This document shows positions 1-15,365 of a stretch of DNA of 64,000 bases, piece by piece. The notes beneath the pieces are model-generated. The model worked only from the letters and a program-made list of their open reading frames with translations. It did not search any database and had not been told where the DNA came from. A program made the translations under genes and the position numbers. The stretch covers positions 310,001-374,000 of the forward strand of contig NIVC01000090.1 of NCBI GenBank assembly GCA_002269645.1, read 5' to 3'. The DNA comes from Macrostomum lignano. Taxonomy: Eukaryota. Each line of letters begins with the position of its first letter. The first letter of the stretch is position 1.

Positions 1-334
1 GAAGAGACGATAGAAATTTTAAAGGATCCAAGGGACATAGGGAGAGTCAGGGAGAGGCCAGAGTTTGCCAATACATGTTTTAGAGTCAGACAGACATTGC
101 CTGACATTCTGTGAAGTAACCCAGCCAACAATATCAATGTTTGCTTCAAATCCTAATTTTACACGAATGTGTCCATTTTATGTCTACCTCTATTCTACTA
201 ACTATTAACAAGTTTTTGTTTGTGTATGACCTTAGATTTCAGAATACATGCAAAAGTAGTTCCGGGGATTGGAATTCCCCGGGTTCAAAATCCGCGGGTT
301 TCAACAGCTTGTCTATACATATAAAAATCAAAAC

Positions 335-367
<33 letters not shown>

Positions 368-1559
368 GGACAAATTACTTCGCTATGGACTCCCAAACCG
401 CTCAACCAAATGACACCAAACTTTACACCCACCCTAAAATTACTACGGAGAATGTCTTAGGCTACCTTTAAATTTCCTAAACTCAAGTCTTCCTGCCTAA
501 AAGTACAAAAAACTGCTCAAAATGCACGATTTTTCCACTAAATCCTCCATAGCGCCGCTCCACTTCTACCGATCCTCTTCAAATTTGACACAGATAATCT
601 TTAACTATTTTGGCACAATCGTGTAAAATTTCGAGTCTCAAAGTTAATCCTGAGCGGTACTGTGCACTTTTAAAGTTAGGCTGTTTTTTTCAGCGTAGCA
701 ACCACCCCAACCTCCGCCCGCCTGCCTCTCTTTCCCGATACCGATCTGGGCCCAGATGTGTAAAAGGGTTTCAAAATTGACTAACTTTCAGCTGCCATAA
801 GTTTGCTCCACGTAAAGCGATTGACTTCAAACTTGACACAATTCTTCATTGACTCATTCTCTGTCTAACTGTAAAGTTACAACTCTGTAACTAATTCAGA
901 AAAGAAACTGTAAGCGTGTGAAGTTTGTCTGCTTTTTCGGTTGTTTGTGCCGCTCATTCACTCATTCCCCCAGCTCAGACGAGGGTCAGGCGATAGGGCT
1001 CAATGTACATAGCAAACGTAGTGTTTTGGAATAACTTTTTAATAGCCTTCTCGGCACCCCGCGCGCGGAGAGCCTACGTACGTTTAGCCATGACAGTTTA
1101 GCGAGAGATTCAAACCAGTGTCCTCTGTATAGACAAGTCTGCAGCCGTTTAACAGTGGATGGCAAATCAAGGCGATGTGGGATGGTTTATAAAAATAGCG
1201 AAAAATTAATGAATAACTGATTACAATGCAATCCTACTAAATTAGTTACTACCATGAAAATTTTAACATTAAGATTCGAAAAAGGTAACTTTAAAATTTA
1301 AATGGCCTTCTAAGAAATGCGTATTTCCTTGGTTGTTAGACTGCTGCAGACTGTGGTGGTGGAGCTGGAGAATGGAGATACACAAATTCCTCTCAGGGCT
1401 GCTAATTGGCCAGAAAGATGACGTGATTAAAGCATGAGAAATGATAGCAACCATGATAGAACTACGTCCCATGATAGTACTTTCGAAGCAGGGATTGGCA
1501 GATTTTTATCTCAAAGGCCAGATAAAGAAAACAGCTCATGGCTGCGGGCCAGATGAGAG

Positions 1560-2258
1560 TGAAAAGGAAAAGTGGTGAGGAGAGAGCAGAGAAGAAGGGA
1601 GGAAGAAGCGAGAGGAGGGGAGAAAGGAAGGAGAGTAAAGAGTAAAGGTGAGAAGGGAGAGATGAGACAGAGGATCGATGAGAGGAGAATAGAGAAGATT
1701 GAGAAGAGAGTAGAGATGAGAGAGCAGAAAGAAGATGACAGAGGGTCAAGAGGAGAGGAGAGAGTAGAAAGGATAGAGAAGAAAGGAGACAAGAGGGGAG
1801 AGAGGAGTGAGAAGAGAAGAGATAGAGATAAGAGAGTGGTGAATGAAGAGGGGAGAAAGGAGAGATGAGAGAGTAAAGGGAAGAGGAGGAGAGAGGAAAG
1901 AGATGAGATTGTAGAGATGAGACAGATGAAAGAAGAGATGAGAGATGAAAAAGGTGAGAGGAGAGTGCAGAGAGACGAGAGAAGATAAAAGAGGAGAGAG
2001 AGTATAGAAGAGGGAAGAGAAAAGAAGAAAGGAGTAAGGAAAGAGAGGAGCCAGAAGAGGTGAAAGAGAAGAGTACAGAGGAGATAAGTGAGAGAACGTA
2101 TAAGAGAGTAAAGATGACAGATGAGAGAGCAGATGAACAGACGAGAGATGGGAAAGTAGAGAGAACAGAGGAGAGATAAGAGAGAAGAGATTACAGAGAC
2201 TAGAGGAGAGAGGAGAGACAGGGAGAGAGAAGAGGAAGTAGGAGAATGAAGAGGGGAG

Positions 2259-2333
<75 letters not shown>

Positions 2334-3160
2334 GAGCAGAGAGAAACGAGAAGAGATAAGAGGGAAAAGATAAAAGAAGAGAAAGGAGAGATGAAAGAGC
2401 GGACGAGAGAGAAGAGAGGTGAGGGAAGAGACGAGCGACGAGGAGAGAGAAGAGATAAAACAAGAAAAGAGATGAGAGGAAAGAGAGAGAGGGAAGAGGT
2501 GAAGGAAGAGACGAGAGAAGAGGGGAGAGAGGAGAGAGAGAGGAAAGAGTAGAGAGGAGAGATGAGAGAGTAGAGGAGAGAGTTAAGAGAAGAGAGAAAA
2601 GAATAGAGAGGATAAGGAAGAGACGAGAGAAGAGGGGGAGAGAGGAGAGAAGGGAGAAAACGAAAAAAGTAGAGGAGAGAGGAGAGGAGAGAGAAAAGAA
2701 GAGGGAAGAGATGAGATAAGAGATATGAAAGAGAAGAAAGATGAGGTAAGATACGAAAGAAGATGGGAGAGAGGAGAGAGGAGAGGAGAGAGAAAACGAA
2801 AGAGTAGAGAGGAGAGAGGAGAGCAGAGAGAAAACGAAAAGTAGAAAGGAGAGAGGAGAGGAGAGAGAAAACGAAAGAGTAGAGAGGAGAGAGGAGAGCA
2901 GAGAGAAAACGAAAAGTAGAAAGGAGAGAGGAGAGGAGAGAGAAAAGAATAGGGAAGAGATGAGATAAGAGAGATGAAAGAGCAGATAGATGAGGGAAGA
3001 TACGAGAGTAGAGAGGAGAGATGAGAGAGTAGAGGAGAGAGTTAAGAGAAGAGAGAAAAGAATAGAGAGGAGAAGGAAGATACGAGAGAAGAGAGGAGAG
3101 AAGAGAGAGGAGAGACGAGAGACGAGGGATGAGAGAGAAGAAAGGAAACAGAAGAGACGA
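1560..3160 (+). repeat. AG-rich polypurine low-complexity tract inside Helitron unit 1, including pure (AG)n at about 2262-2328
   Basis: The + strand is almost entirely A/G; it produces spurious Leu/Ser and Arg/Glu ORFs. Confidence 0.95.
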
Positions 3161-3481
3161 TAGAAATTTTAAAGGATCCAAGGGACATAGGGAAAGTCAG
3201 GGAGAGGCCAGAGTTTGCCAATACATGTTTTAGAGTCAGACAGACATTGCCTGGCATTCTGTGGAGTACCCCAGCAAACAATATTAACGTTTGCCTCAAA
3301 CCCTAATTTTATACGAATGTGCTCCATTTTATGTCTACCTCTATCCTACTAACATTAATTTGTTTGTGTTAGATGGCCTTAGATTTCAGAATACATGCAA
3401 AATTAGTTCCGGGTATTGGAATTCCCCGGGTTCAAAATCCGCGGGTTTCAACAGCTTGTCTCTAACTATAAAAATCAAAAC

Positions 3482-3514
<33 letters not shown>

Positions 3515-4699
3515 GTGTGGACAATTTTGATCGCTATGGACTCCCAAACCACTCAACCAAATTACACCAAACTTTACACCCACCCTAAACTCACTACGGA
3601 GAATGTCTTAGGCTACCTTTTAATTTCCTAGACTCAAGTCTTCCTACCTAAAAGTACAAAAAACTGCTCAAAATGCGCGATTTTTTCACTAAATCCTCCA
3701 TAGCGCCGCTCCACTTCTACCGATTCTCTTCAAATTTGACACAGGCAATTTTCAACTATTTTGACACAATCGTGTAAAATTTTAAACCTCAAAGTTAATC
3801 CTGAAAGCCGCTGTGCACTTTTAAAGTTAGGCTGTTTTTTTCAGCGTAGCAACCACCCCAACCTCCGCCCGCCTGCCTCTCTTTCCCGATCTGGGCCCAG
3901 ATGTGTAAAAGGGTTTCAAAATTGACTAACTTTCAGCTGCCATAAGTTTTCTCCACGTAAAGCGATTGACTTCAAACTTGACACAATTCTTCATTGACTC
4001 ATTCTCTATCTAAATGTAAAGTTTCAACTCTGTAACTCAACAGAAAAAGAAACTGTAAGCATGTGAAGTTTGTCTGCTTTTTCTGTTGTTTGTGCCACTC
4101 ACTCACTCATTCCCCCAGAGCCAGACGAAGGGTCAGGCAATAGGACTGAATGTACATAGCGAATGTACAGTGTTTTGGAATAACTTTTTAATAGCCTTCT
4201 CTGCACCCCCAGAGTGGAGAGGCTACGTTTAGCCATGACAGTTTAGTGAGAAATTCTAACCACTGCCCTCCCCTCTGTATTGGCAAACTCTGCAGCAGTT
4301 TAACAGTGGATGGCAATTGGCAATTGGCAAATCGAGGGAATCCACTAACCAGCATGGTTTGTAAAAGCGAAAGATTTATGAAAAGGCGATGCGATGCAAT
4401 GAAATACATACAATCCTACTAAATTAGGCACACCATGGAAATTTTAGGTTTCGTTTAAAGGTACCGTGTAAATTTTAAATGGCCTTCTAAGAAATGCGTA
4501 TTTCCTTGGTTGTTAGACTGATGCAGACTGCAGTGGAGCTGAAGATACCCAAATTCCTTTCAGGGCTGCAAATTTGCAAGAAAAATGACTGACGTGATCA
4601 AAGCATGATAACAACCATGAGAGTACTACGTCTCACAAACTGGCTTTCCAAGCAGGGATGGGCAGACTTTTACCTCAAAGGCCAGATAAAGAATCCAGC

Positions 4700-5910
<1,211 letters not shown>

Positions 5911-7399
5911 ATAGAAATTTTAAAGGATCCAAGGGACGTAGGGAGAGTCAGGGAGAGACCAGAGTTTAGCAATATATGTTTTAGAGTCAGACAGACATTG
6001 CCTGACATTCTGCGCAGTACCCCAGCCAACAATGTCTCAAACCCTAATTTTACACGAATGTGCTCCATTTTATGTCTACCTCTATCCTACTAACTATTAA
6101 CAAGTTTTTGTTTGTGTATGGCCTTAGATTTCAGAATACATGCAAAAGTAGTTCCGGGTATTGGAATTCCCCGGGTTCAAAATCCGCGGGTTTCAACAGC
6201 TTGTCTCTACATATAAAAATCAAAACTCTGTGTGTGTGTGTGTGGACAATTTTGATCGCTATGGACTCCCAAACTGCTCAACCAAATTACACCAAACTTT
6301 ACACCCACCCTAAACTTACTACTGAGAATGTCTTAGGCTACCTTTTAATTTCCTAGACTCAAGTCTTCCTACCTAAAAGTACAAAAAACTGCTCAAAATG
6401 CGCGATTTTTTTACTTAATCCTCCATAGCGCCGCTCCACTTCTACCGATTCTCTTCAAATTTGACACAGGCAATTTTCAACTATTTTGACACAATCGTGT
6501 AAAATTTTAAACCTCAAAGTTAATCCTGAAAGCCGCTGTGCACTTTTAAAGTTAGGCTGTTTTTTTCAGCGAGGCAGCCACCCCAACCTCCGCCCGCCTG
6601 CCTCTCTTTCCCGATCTTGGCAAAGGGTGTGAATAGGTTTTAAAATGCCTAACTTTCGGCTGCCATAGTTTTGCTCCACGTGAAGCGATTGACTTCAAAT
6701 TTGACACAATTCTTTATTGACTCATTCTCTGCCTACATGTAAAGTTTCAACTCTGTAACTCAACCGAAAAAGAAACTGTAAGCATGTGAAGTTTGTCTGC
6801 TTTTTCTGTTGTTTGTGCCGCTCACTCACTCATTCCCCCAGCCCAGACGAAGGGTCAGGCGATAGGGCTCAGCGTACATAGCGAATGTACAGTGTTTTGG
6901 AATAACTTTTTAATAGCCTTCTCTGCACCCCGCGCGTGGAGAGGCTACGTTTAGCCTTGACAGTTTAGTGAGAGATTCAAACCACTGTCCTCTGTATGGA
7001 CAGTCTGCAGCAGCGGCAAACCAAGGCGATGCGGGCAGCGGGATGGTTTGTACGAGCGTATTTGTAAAAATAGCGAAAAATTAATGAATAACTGATTACG
7101 ATGCAATCCTACTAAATTAGTTACACCATGAAACTTATAACATTAAGTTTCGCATAAGGTACTTTAAAATTTAAATATCTCCTAAGAAATGCGTGTGTCC
7201 TTGGTTGTTAGACTGCTGCAGACTGTGGTGGTGTTCGTGGAGCTGGAGATTCCTCTCAGGGCTACTAATTGGCCAGAAAGATGACGTGATTAAAGCATGA
7301 GAAATGATAACAACTACGTCCCAAAAACTGGCTTTCGAAGCAGGGATCGGCAGATTTTTACCTCAAAGGCCAGATAAAGAATCAAGCTCATGGCTGCGG

Positions 7400-7627
7400 G
7401 CCAGATGAGAGTGGAAAGGAGAAGGAATAGACTATTAGAAAGAGAAGGAGGGGAGAGAGAAGAGAGAGGAAAGAGTAGAGGTGAGAAGAGGGAGAGAGAA
7501 GAGGGGAGAGATAAGACAGGATCGATGAGAGAGGAGAGTAGAGAGGAGAGGATCGAGAGGAGAGATTAGAAAGGATCGAGGAGAGGAGATAAGAGGGGGA
7601 GAGAGGAGTGAGAAGAGAGGAGATAAA

Positions 7628-7690
<63 letters not shown>

Positions 7691-7800
7691 GAGGGCGCCT
7701 CCAATCTCAGGCACGGACGCGGTACATGTAAAAAGGACAAACAAGTCAAGATGATTTAAGTTGATTTAAGAAGTGAGGAAACAGAAGAGAAGATGGAAGT
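7400..7800 (+). repeat. Shorter AG-rich tract inside Helitron unit 3
   Basis: Same position in the unit, with (AG)n at about 7632-7670. Confidence 0.9.
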
Positions 7801-8503
7801 TTCAAAGAATGCAAGGGACATAGGGAGAGGCAGAGGTAGAGGCCAGAGTTTTCCTGACATTCTGCGCAGCACCCCAGCCAACAATATCAATGTTTGCCTC
7901 AAATCCTAATTTTACACGAATGTACTCTATTTCATGTTTAACTCTATCCCAACTAATAAATGTTTTTGTTTGAGTTTAATCTCAATACATGCAAAAATAG
8001 TTCCGGGGATTGGAGTTTCCCGGGTTCAAAATCCGCGGGTTTCAACAGCTTGTTATTTTTATACAACTTAAAATTTATAGTTTTTATAAGGTTTATAATT
8101 TGTGAAAATATAATTAGTAAATTTCATAATTTATAAATTTATTTTTGATTAATATTAATTGCATACTAAAATTGCATACATGTTCTTTGTTGTGCTATAA
8201 TATATTGTATTGCATTATGTGTTCTTTTTAAGTTTCAGTGTTAAAATTATTTGATTTTGTTTGCTTTAATATTAATTGGTTGGCTTAATTGTAGTGTAAA
8301 CTTTTTTAAGATATAGGATTTATATCTATAGCAGTTAGAAGCAAATATTTGCGTCTACCAGTACAAATATGTCAAGGTGCTAGTTTGTTTACTTGATTTT
8401 CTTATGCAAAACCTATAAAAATGAGAATAAATTACTCTTAAAATTTATGCCAATGAGTAATTCTTGATCCTCAAACCAGGCCATCAATCGGCAGCTACAT
8501 TCT

Positions 8504-10400
8504 TTGCTTTGGGACACCTCAACTACTTTCGAAAGTTTCAAAACAGTTGAAGCTGATCCTAACCCATTGCAAGCTGACAGTGCCAATGCAAATCATCAAA
8601 TGGATACTGAGGTGACTAGTAATGACAATCAACACACTGAAAGCGACAGCGGTCTAGAGGATGAAGATTTGGGACTCGACAACCTTGGTTATGTCCAGTT
8701 TGATGAGTCCGATCTGGATTATTTCTCGCCATCAGACGATGCGGCTGGGTCTGCAGTTGACAATGAAGGTGACGAAGTTGAAAATGACAGTTGCAAGTTG
8801 ACCTTTGCTGATGAACTTATGTTTTTCTTTACAATGTTTAATTTATTGGTTTCTGCCAGAAAGTTTCTGATTGATCTGCTGCATAGAATGTGTACCTGTC
8901 AAAATCTGCCTCCAACTTTGCATCTTCTCCAAAACGCAAATTCTAAATTTTCTTCGCTTATTAAAGACATGGGTTCTGGCCAGTATTGCTATTTAAGTAT
9001 TCGCGACAACATCGAGTTTTGTATTAAGAATAAAAAACTGATTCCGCCCAGTGGTGCTGATCTTGTTGTGAACTTTAAAGTTAATATTGATGGCCTGCCT
9101 GTCTAAAAAAGTTCTGCAGCTTCTTTTTGGCCAATACTTGTTTGCTTCAATGATATTCGGACACCATTTCCTGTTGCTTTGTACTATGGTTCTTAAAAAC
9201 CAGATGTGGCCATTTATTTGGCAGACTTTGTTCGTGAGCTCAAAAATTTGCGCCTTACAGGCATCATTGTTGAGGGAATTCGTGTTAGGCTGGGCAAAGT
9301 TTTTTTTGTCTGTGATGCCCCAGCCAGAGCTTATATTCAGTGCATCTCTGGACACACGGCAAAAAATGGCTGCGGTTATTGTCGGGCTAAAGGCCGTTAT
9401 CACGTTGACCGTGTCGTTTTTTCTACTTCTGTTGGTGCTTCCAGAAGTGATGAACTTTACATGCAACAGAAAGAAAATAATCAACTAGCGGCGTCTCCCC
9501 TTCTTTCTGTAGCACGTTTGCGCTCTGATTTCCCTATTGATGAACAGCATTGCGTTTGCCTTGGTGTCACTCGGCGTTTGTTTCATTTTTTCTTTTCTCA
9601 AGTCAAAGGGTTTAAGCTAACTTGCCGGGTTTGATGTCTCTTTCGGATTTGATTTCAACGTATAGGTCATTTACACCAAGTGAATTTCAGCGCCAAGTTA
9701 GACGTATCGATACCAGTCTGTCTCATTACAAAGCTGTTGAGTTTCGTACCATGCTTTTGTATTTTGGTCCCTTTTTATTGGTAAATTTTTATCTGTAACT
9801 TTTTAACCAGTTTCTTCTGCATTTTGCCTATTACGTTTTCTCTTCTAGTAACTATTCAGACTTGTATGCACATGCACATAGATGTATGGAGTTGTTTGTT
9901 GCCGGTCTACCCACTAATTTTGATGAACGTTGTGTATCATATAACAGTCATTTGCTTCTCCATCTTTACGAATTTGTCCTACAATATGGACCCCTGTCTA
10001 ATTTTTCTGCCTTTCCTTTTGAAAATTTTCTTGAATGCTCAAACGTCGAATTAGATGCACTAGAGGTATAATGTCGCATGCTATGAAGCAGCTTGTTGAA
10101 TTGCGAAGTTTAAATTTGCGAGTTGATAAAAAAATGTAAGTTTTGTTTCTCCACTGCAAAGCCTGATAATTTTGCCATTGTCAACGGTTCTCCTGTTATG
10201 ATCAATGCTATTCATTTGGATGGTTCGGTTTCAGGCTTTAAATTGATTTTTCGAAAGGATCTGTAACATTTCCCTTACCCTTCACGCAGTCTAGCTTGGA
10301 ATAGGATATTTTGCTAAATCAAAACAGCATGTTACTGGTTTCCCATCCAACAAAGCAATATGCTTTCCCACGTCAACTGAGTTTGTCATCTTCCCCCTCG
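8504..10400 (+). pseudogene. Decayed CACTA/EnSpm (CMC superfamily) transposase
   Basis: Motifs NIDGLPV*KSS..FWPIL, FVCDAPARA..GH..KNGCGYC, DEQHCVCLGV, PSEFQR..YKAVEFRTMLLY and YNSHLLLHL..V.QYGPL..FSAFPFENFL. In-frame stops at 9104-9106 and about 9193, plus frameshifts after 9634. Confidence 0.85.
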
Positions 10401-11049
10401 TTGACTCGTCTTAAGTAGATCTCAGTTGAAGTCCCTATCGTGCGAAAATCTTTCTATATACTAATTTGCTCGCGATTCCCTATTCCCGACAGTGGGTCAA
10501 CTATTCAAAAAACAATTTTTTAATGCTTTCAATTTGTTTGAATTTTGAATTTGAAATGCCCCCATGGGGGTTAATGCGCTAGTTTAATCTAAAGAAAAAT
10601 GTTTTCTTATTTTCCCTTAAAAGTAGAACTTCGAGCCGTCTGTTAACTTTTGTGCATGTTTTTTGGTGAATTCTTTTGCTGAGCCATTCGTACTGTTCTG
10701 CACAAAGTTTCTTGTTCTGCAACTTTTGTTATATCATTTGAATTACCTGCGTGTGTAGCTTGTATAAATAAATGCATATTTAAATAACAGAGTTTTGTAT
10801 CGACATGTAAGTAAATGCTAGAGGCATACCTAGAAGAGTTTAATCTTATATGATATGCATAAAACATGACCTTGTTAATTATTTACTTAATAAAAATAGC
10901 ATTGCGTCAACAATCCAATAATTTCTAATACGAGTACAAAATACATGTTTACACTAAATTCACGAATGCATAGTAAATAGGATTTTCTCGGATGCGTCGC
11001 TTGGCAATATCGGCAACTAGGCGGTAATATGGTGGAAAAGTGGAAATCA

Positions 11050-11173
11050 AGCGGCCAGCCGCTATCGGGCCACTTAAGCGGGCCGCTAGCGGCGCTCGAG
11101 ACACCCCGACAGGCGGCCCGATAGCGGCCTGCAAGCGGCTCCCGCTAGTGGCCCGCTAGCAATTTTTTCAGTG
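11050..11173 (-). mobile_element. Right terminus of the CACTA element: CACTG-type TIR with GC-rich subterminal repeats
   Basis: The sequence ends ...GCTAGCAATTTTTTCAGTG (reverse complement CACTGAAAAAATTGCTAGCGGGCC). It is preceded by direct and inverted GCCGCTA/TAGCGG(G)CC motifs and lies downstream of the transposase. Confidence 0.7.
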
Positions 11174-14100
11174 GGCCGACTCTCCTTTCCTCTTTCCTCT
11201 CTCCTCTATTCTCTTCTCTTATCTTTTCTCTCATCTTATCTCTCGCCCTTTGAGGTAAAAAAGTGGCAAAACCCTGTTTTATATAGTGTTTATAGATTTT
11301 GTTTATAAGCACGTTAACTTAACAAATATTTCCAAGCAGCAAGATATATAAAATCTGAACTTCAGCTGAACCTTGGCTGAGGGCGATGCTTTTCGTCGAA
11401 ACTTTACTTATAAAAACGCAGTTTTACCGTTCAATAATCTGTGTAGCGACTTAATCTGAGTGCATCTCTAAACTGTAAGAGTTTTAAGATTCAAATCTGT
11501 ATTGATGTACTTTTCTCGATAGTCTAAATTAAACCTAATAAATTGCCGTCTTATTAATCATGCAGCGAGAACTGTCGTTTATGACTACTCATTCTTTTTC
11601 ATTCTTAAAAGTGCAGGTGTGACCCCGCGGATAGAGTTTATTTCTACTCTGCAATTTTCAACAAAAAATAAAAAAATTGTTGACTGAACATTCTGTAGAT
11701 TGCGTGAACAATTCCATGCATGGTGTTGCTATCGAGGAGACTGTAACAGGTCGTTTATCGGTAGTCTCTGAAAGGCCTCTCACGCCAACTACCTTACACG
11801 CCTGCTACCCCTCTGCCACGATAGGCAGAAACTTCGAACAACTGAGACAAGTCCTTTCTTAGGTTTGAGCTCAAACTTTACTCAACTCGGCAGTGGAGGG
11901 CCTCGGCTAACTAACTAACTAAATAAGTAATACGGCGCCTCAGCCATTGAACAGGCTCTTACGCCACTAGATATCAATAAGTTTCCTGAATAGGGAGTGT
12001 ACTAATGTACACTAAAAGCCAAGTTAGACTATAGAGGACTGTACAGGGCAGTAACAAAAAAACCAAACCTCCCCGGGGGACAGTAGCGGTTCGACGAACC
12101 AGTCAGGAGCCCGTGCCCAAAAACCAGGTTAGATAGACCCCTCAGCCTATAAGGAAGGCCCGAAGGCCAAGAGCCGTGGCATCCAGCTGGGGCCGACCGC
12201 CCCTCTACCCCCGGGTACAAATCATAAACCTCCCCGAGGCCCGTGGGGGTTGAGAGAACCAATCAGGGAAGCCCGTGCCTACTCCTGGGTTAGATAAGCC
12301 AAAAAACCGGTCAATTGACCGCCCCACGGCCGTGGCAACCCGAAGGAGCCTCCCCCCCAACTAAACCCCGGTTACTCTTGCCAGACAGTCTCTTATCTTT
12401 GAAGCGGCAGGAGGGCTATTCGCCGGGACTGTTTCACCCTTTGCTTCGCCAACCCGCCATTTCTATAGTGACCGTGCCAACGGTCTCGTCCTGCTCAGAC
12501 TCAGTCCTGGTTCTGGCACACTCCAGCTTTAATAGGGTCGCTGGCTGTACGCTCAGAGGGCGCCTGAGGGATACCGTCAGAGCACCTTGGTACAGGTATA
12601 GGCGTGCCTTCCTATACAGCTACCCACAGCCCTTCCCGATCCACTATTACCCTCCAACCCAGCCTACTCACTCATTACAAGCTTTCAGCCAGGCAGAGAC
12701 AAGTTTCACAGGGGTGACTGCGGTTAGGCGTCTCTATGCGAGACAAAACCAGGCAGTGGAGGGCCTTGGCTCTTTCAATTGCATTGTATTTATAATGCTC
12801 GACATTGTGCTCGGGGGCAGCGTTGGGGTGGTGGCGTGATATTTTTCCGCCCCACCCATCTTATTTGCTTTTTTGCATATTTAGCTAGTTAGATGAATAA
12901 ACACAGCTAGAGGGCACGCATGGTCTGCGTGGCAGTTTTAGTGCAGGCAAATGGGTGGGTCTAACATTAAATATCTATGATAAGTTTGTAATAGCATATC
13001 AGCGTTTTGAACGCTGATAGAGACGATCATGATTGGCCAAAATGTAAGCACTAATTCGCTCTAGTGGAAGTCGTTGAACCTCTTCAATTGCATCTCATAG
13101 CTACTCGTAGATATGAGGGAAACATCCGCTCCAATTTAAAACATTGATGAGGACGCACTTTTTTCCAAATCCCGCGCTAGCACATGGGCTCTAAACTTAC
13201 TAGCCTACGAACAGTGGGCAATGGGCATTTTTATCCTTTTTCTGCGAATTGTCATAGAATCTATACTAGAGATAATGTCTGGTCATACTAGTAGTCATAA
13301 TAACATAGGCGCAGCTTTTTCGGTCATAAATCATCGCTTTCGAAGCTGGTCTGACAGCCACCTGCGCCTCACTCAGTGTTGAAGCGGGCGCCAGATGGTC
13401 TGAGAGGATGCGGGCGGTAGCTTTTTTCTCATCATTTTGACAGGCCATCAAGATTTATGAGGTCAGAGCCTATTGTTCGTGTTCACTCAAGCGTGTGACA
13501 GCTTTGACAGCTATGCGTTTTACCCCTAAAAGTACTTTGGGATTACCGATTAGCGGTTTCTCTTCATTATCTTCACTTTCTATTTAATAAGAGCTTTCTA
13601 ATGTATATTTTTTCATTAATTTCTGTTAATCCTACGCGAGAAGTCATAAATCATTTTGTTGCGATTTTGATTGATTTATGACCGCACCTGTCATCTTTTT
13701 ACGACCCTGTGGGAACTGATAGGATCTCTCGGTCACGTGATTCTGGGTAGCAACAAGCTTAGCCAATCAGAAAATTCGGCGCTCATTTTAACAAAACGGC
13801 TCAGCCAATCAGAATCGACGTTTTCCATCATAACAAACTGCGGTCCAGTTGGCGGATATTTAAACCTGTGTTTTTGGCCCACTCGGACTCCAACTTGCTC
13901 GGGCCCAGCACGCAACTTCTGGTTCCCGGAGCGCGACCGTCGTTTCTTGATCCCCGGATTGCGACTTCCCCCCCCCCTCATCATCAAAAGACGAGTCCCC
14001 CGGTCATCAGCAGCGAACATCAAAGTTAAGATCATCACCTGCTAGCTATCTGCGAAGACTGTGACAGCATCATCCCGAGTCTACAGCTGCGAAGCATCAA

Positions 14101-15290
14101 GCCGATTCGGTCACTGTGGATTTCCTGGTCTCCGGCTGTTGAGTTTCTGATTGGTTGGGTGAGAGGCTACCTAGACTTGCTTGATTGGGTGATTCCTTAT
14201 CTGTCCCCTGTTTCAGTAGCTGGATTAGGCGCACACTTTTGCTCATTTTGTTCAGTAGTGCTGTTGCTGAGGCAGAAGTCACTCAATAATACTGCTAGTA
14301 GTCTAAACTCCAATTCAATCTGAAGTGTGAAGTGATCTAAGGAGAAGGTTAAATCTAACAGTTATTTTTAACGGTTTTATTTCTTTGTTCGCCGATGGCT
14401 CAGATGAGTAGCTAAGCTAGTAGGCGCCGGTCACAGTGGACCAATGGCAAGGCAGTTCTCAGTCGACCAATCTATCAAATCAGTGAGCAAAACTTCCAGA
14501 AGTGCAGAATCGGCGCCAGAGATGTACTTTGTGCACTCTAGGTTCGCCAAGCGGCTCGGGTAATGAATCATGCGGTTTCTGAAGTTCGAGTTAGTCTATC
14601 ATCAACGCTATGAGAGGCTAGTTGGCGCGTTGAGGGCCAAAAGTACAATTCTTCGTATTTATGTAGCTACCCCATAGACTCGCCACCGCAAGAATCCCCT
14701 GCACAAGTCCCCTCTGTACCTGCATGGCCAATGCGATCTAGTCCCAGCAGTGTCCCTTAACATCGGCTATGACTTCGAGATTGACAGCAAAAAGACACTA
14801 GTTGGCAGGTAAGTGCAAAGCCCCTTCTAGTCGGAAGCCCGATTTCGAGAGTCCCGGTGTGGTGAGCCAGGACGTACGGGCTGGTGGCAGCGAGTTGGCT
14901 AATCTGCGGATTAACTAATTTCTACCTTCAAAATTCTCCCTGCTTGTCTCTCGCTGTCCCTCTCTTAGCTATAGGACCTAGACTGCTCGCCACAAGATCA
15001 AGCTACCATGGGGCTGACCATCTGACAGGAGTGGGGGGCCAGGACTCTAATTGATTTATTTCTGAGACCTGAGGCCCGAAGGCTTCCCCACAAGGGGGCT
15101 GGAAGGTCGAAACCCATCAACATTATGGAAACAGGTGCATGTTCCGTTGATGCGAACCTGTCCTGCACCTTAAACCCTTGAACCTGAACCCTTGGAAGTT
15201 ATACCTGCTATCCTTTGCGCTGGGGGTTTGAGGTATTGCATATCGATTTCAGATGCCCACCGTCTTGCCTCAATTACGAGTATATTGCAT

Positions 15291-15365
15291 TTACATGCAC
15301 TGTACAAGCGCTTTTTGTGCCCACATGCACTGTACAAGCGCTTTTTGTGCCCACATGCACTACAA
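15291..15365 (+). repeat. 30-bp tandem duplication (ACATGCACTGTACAAGCGCTTTTTGTGCCC), about 2.4 copies
   Basis: Direct repeat read from the sequence. Confidence 0.85.

Noticed and set aside
11600-12840. GC-richer segment with short ORFs (e.g. 174 aa at 12315-12839)
   Set aside because: No recognisable protein motif or termini; probably an unclassified repeat that needs a library search.
15060-15125. Second hammerhead-like motif (CTGA-GACCT...AGGTC-GAAAC)
   Set aside because: Lacks the NGA of the core and has no stem III or cleavage triplet.
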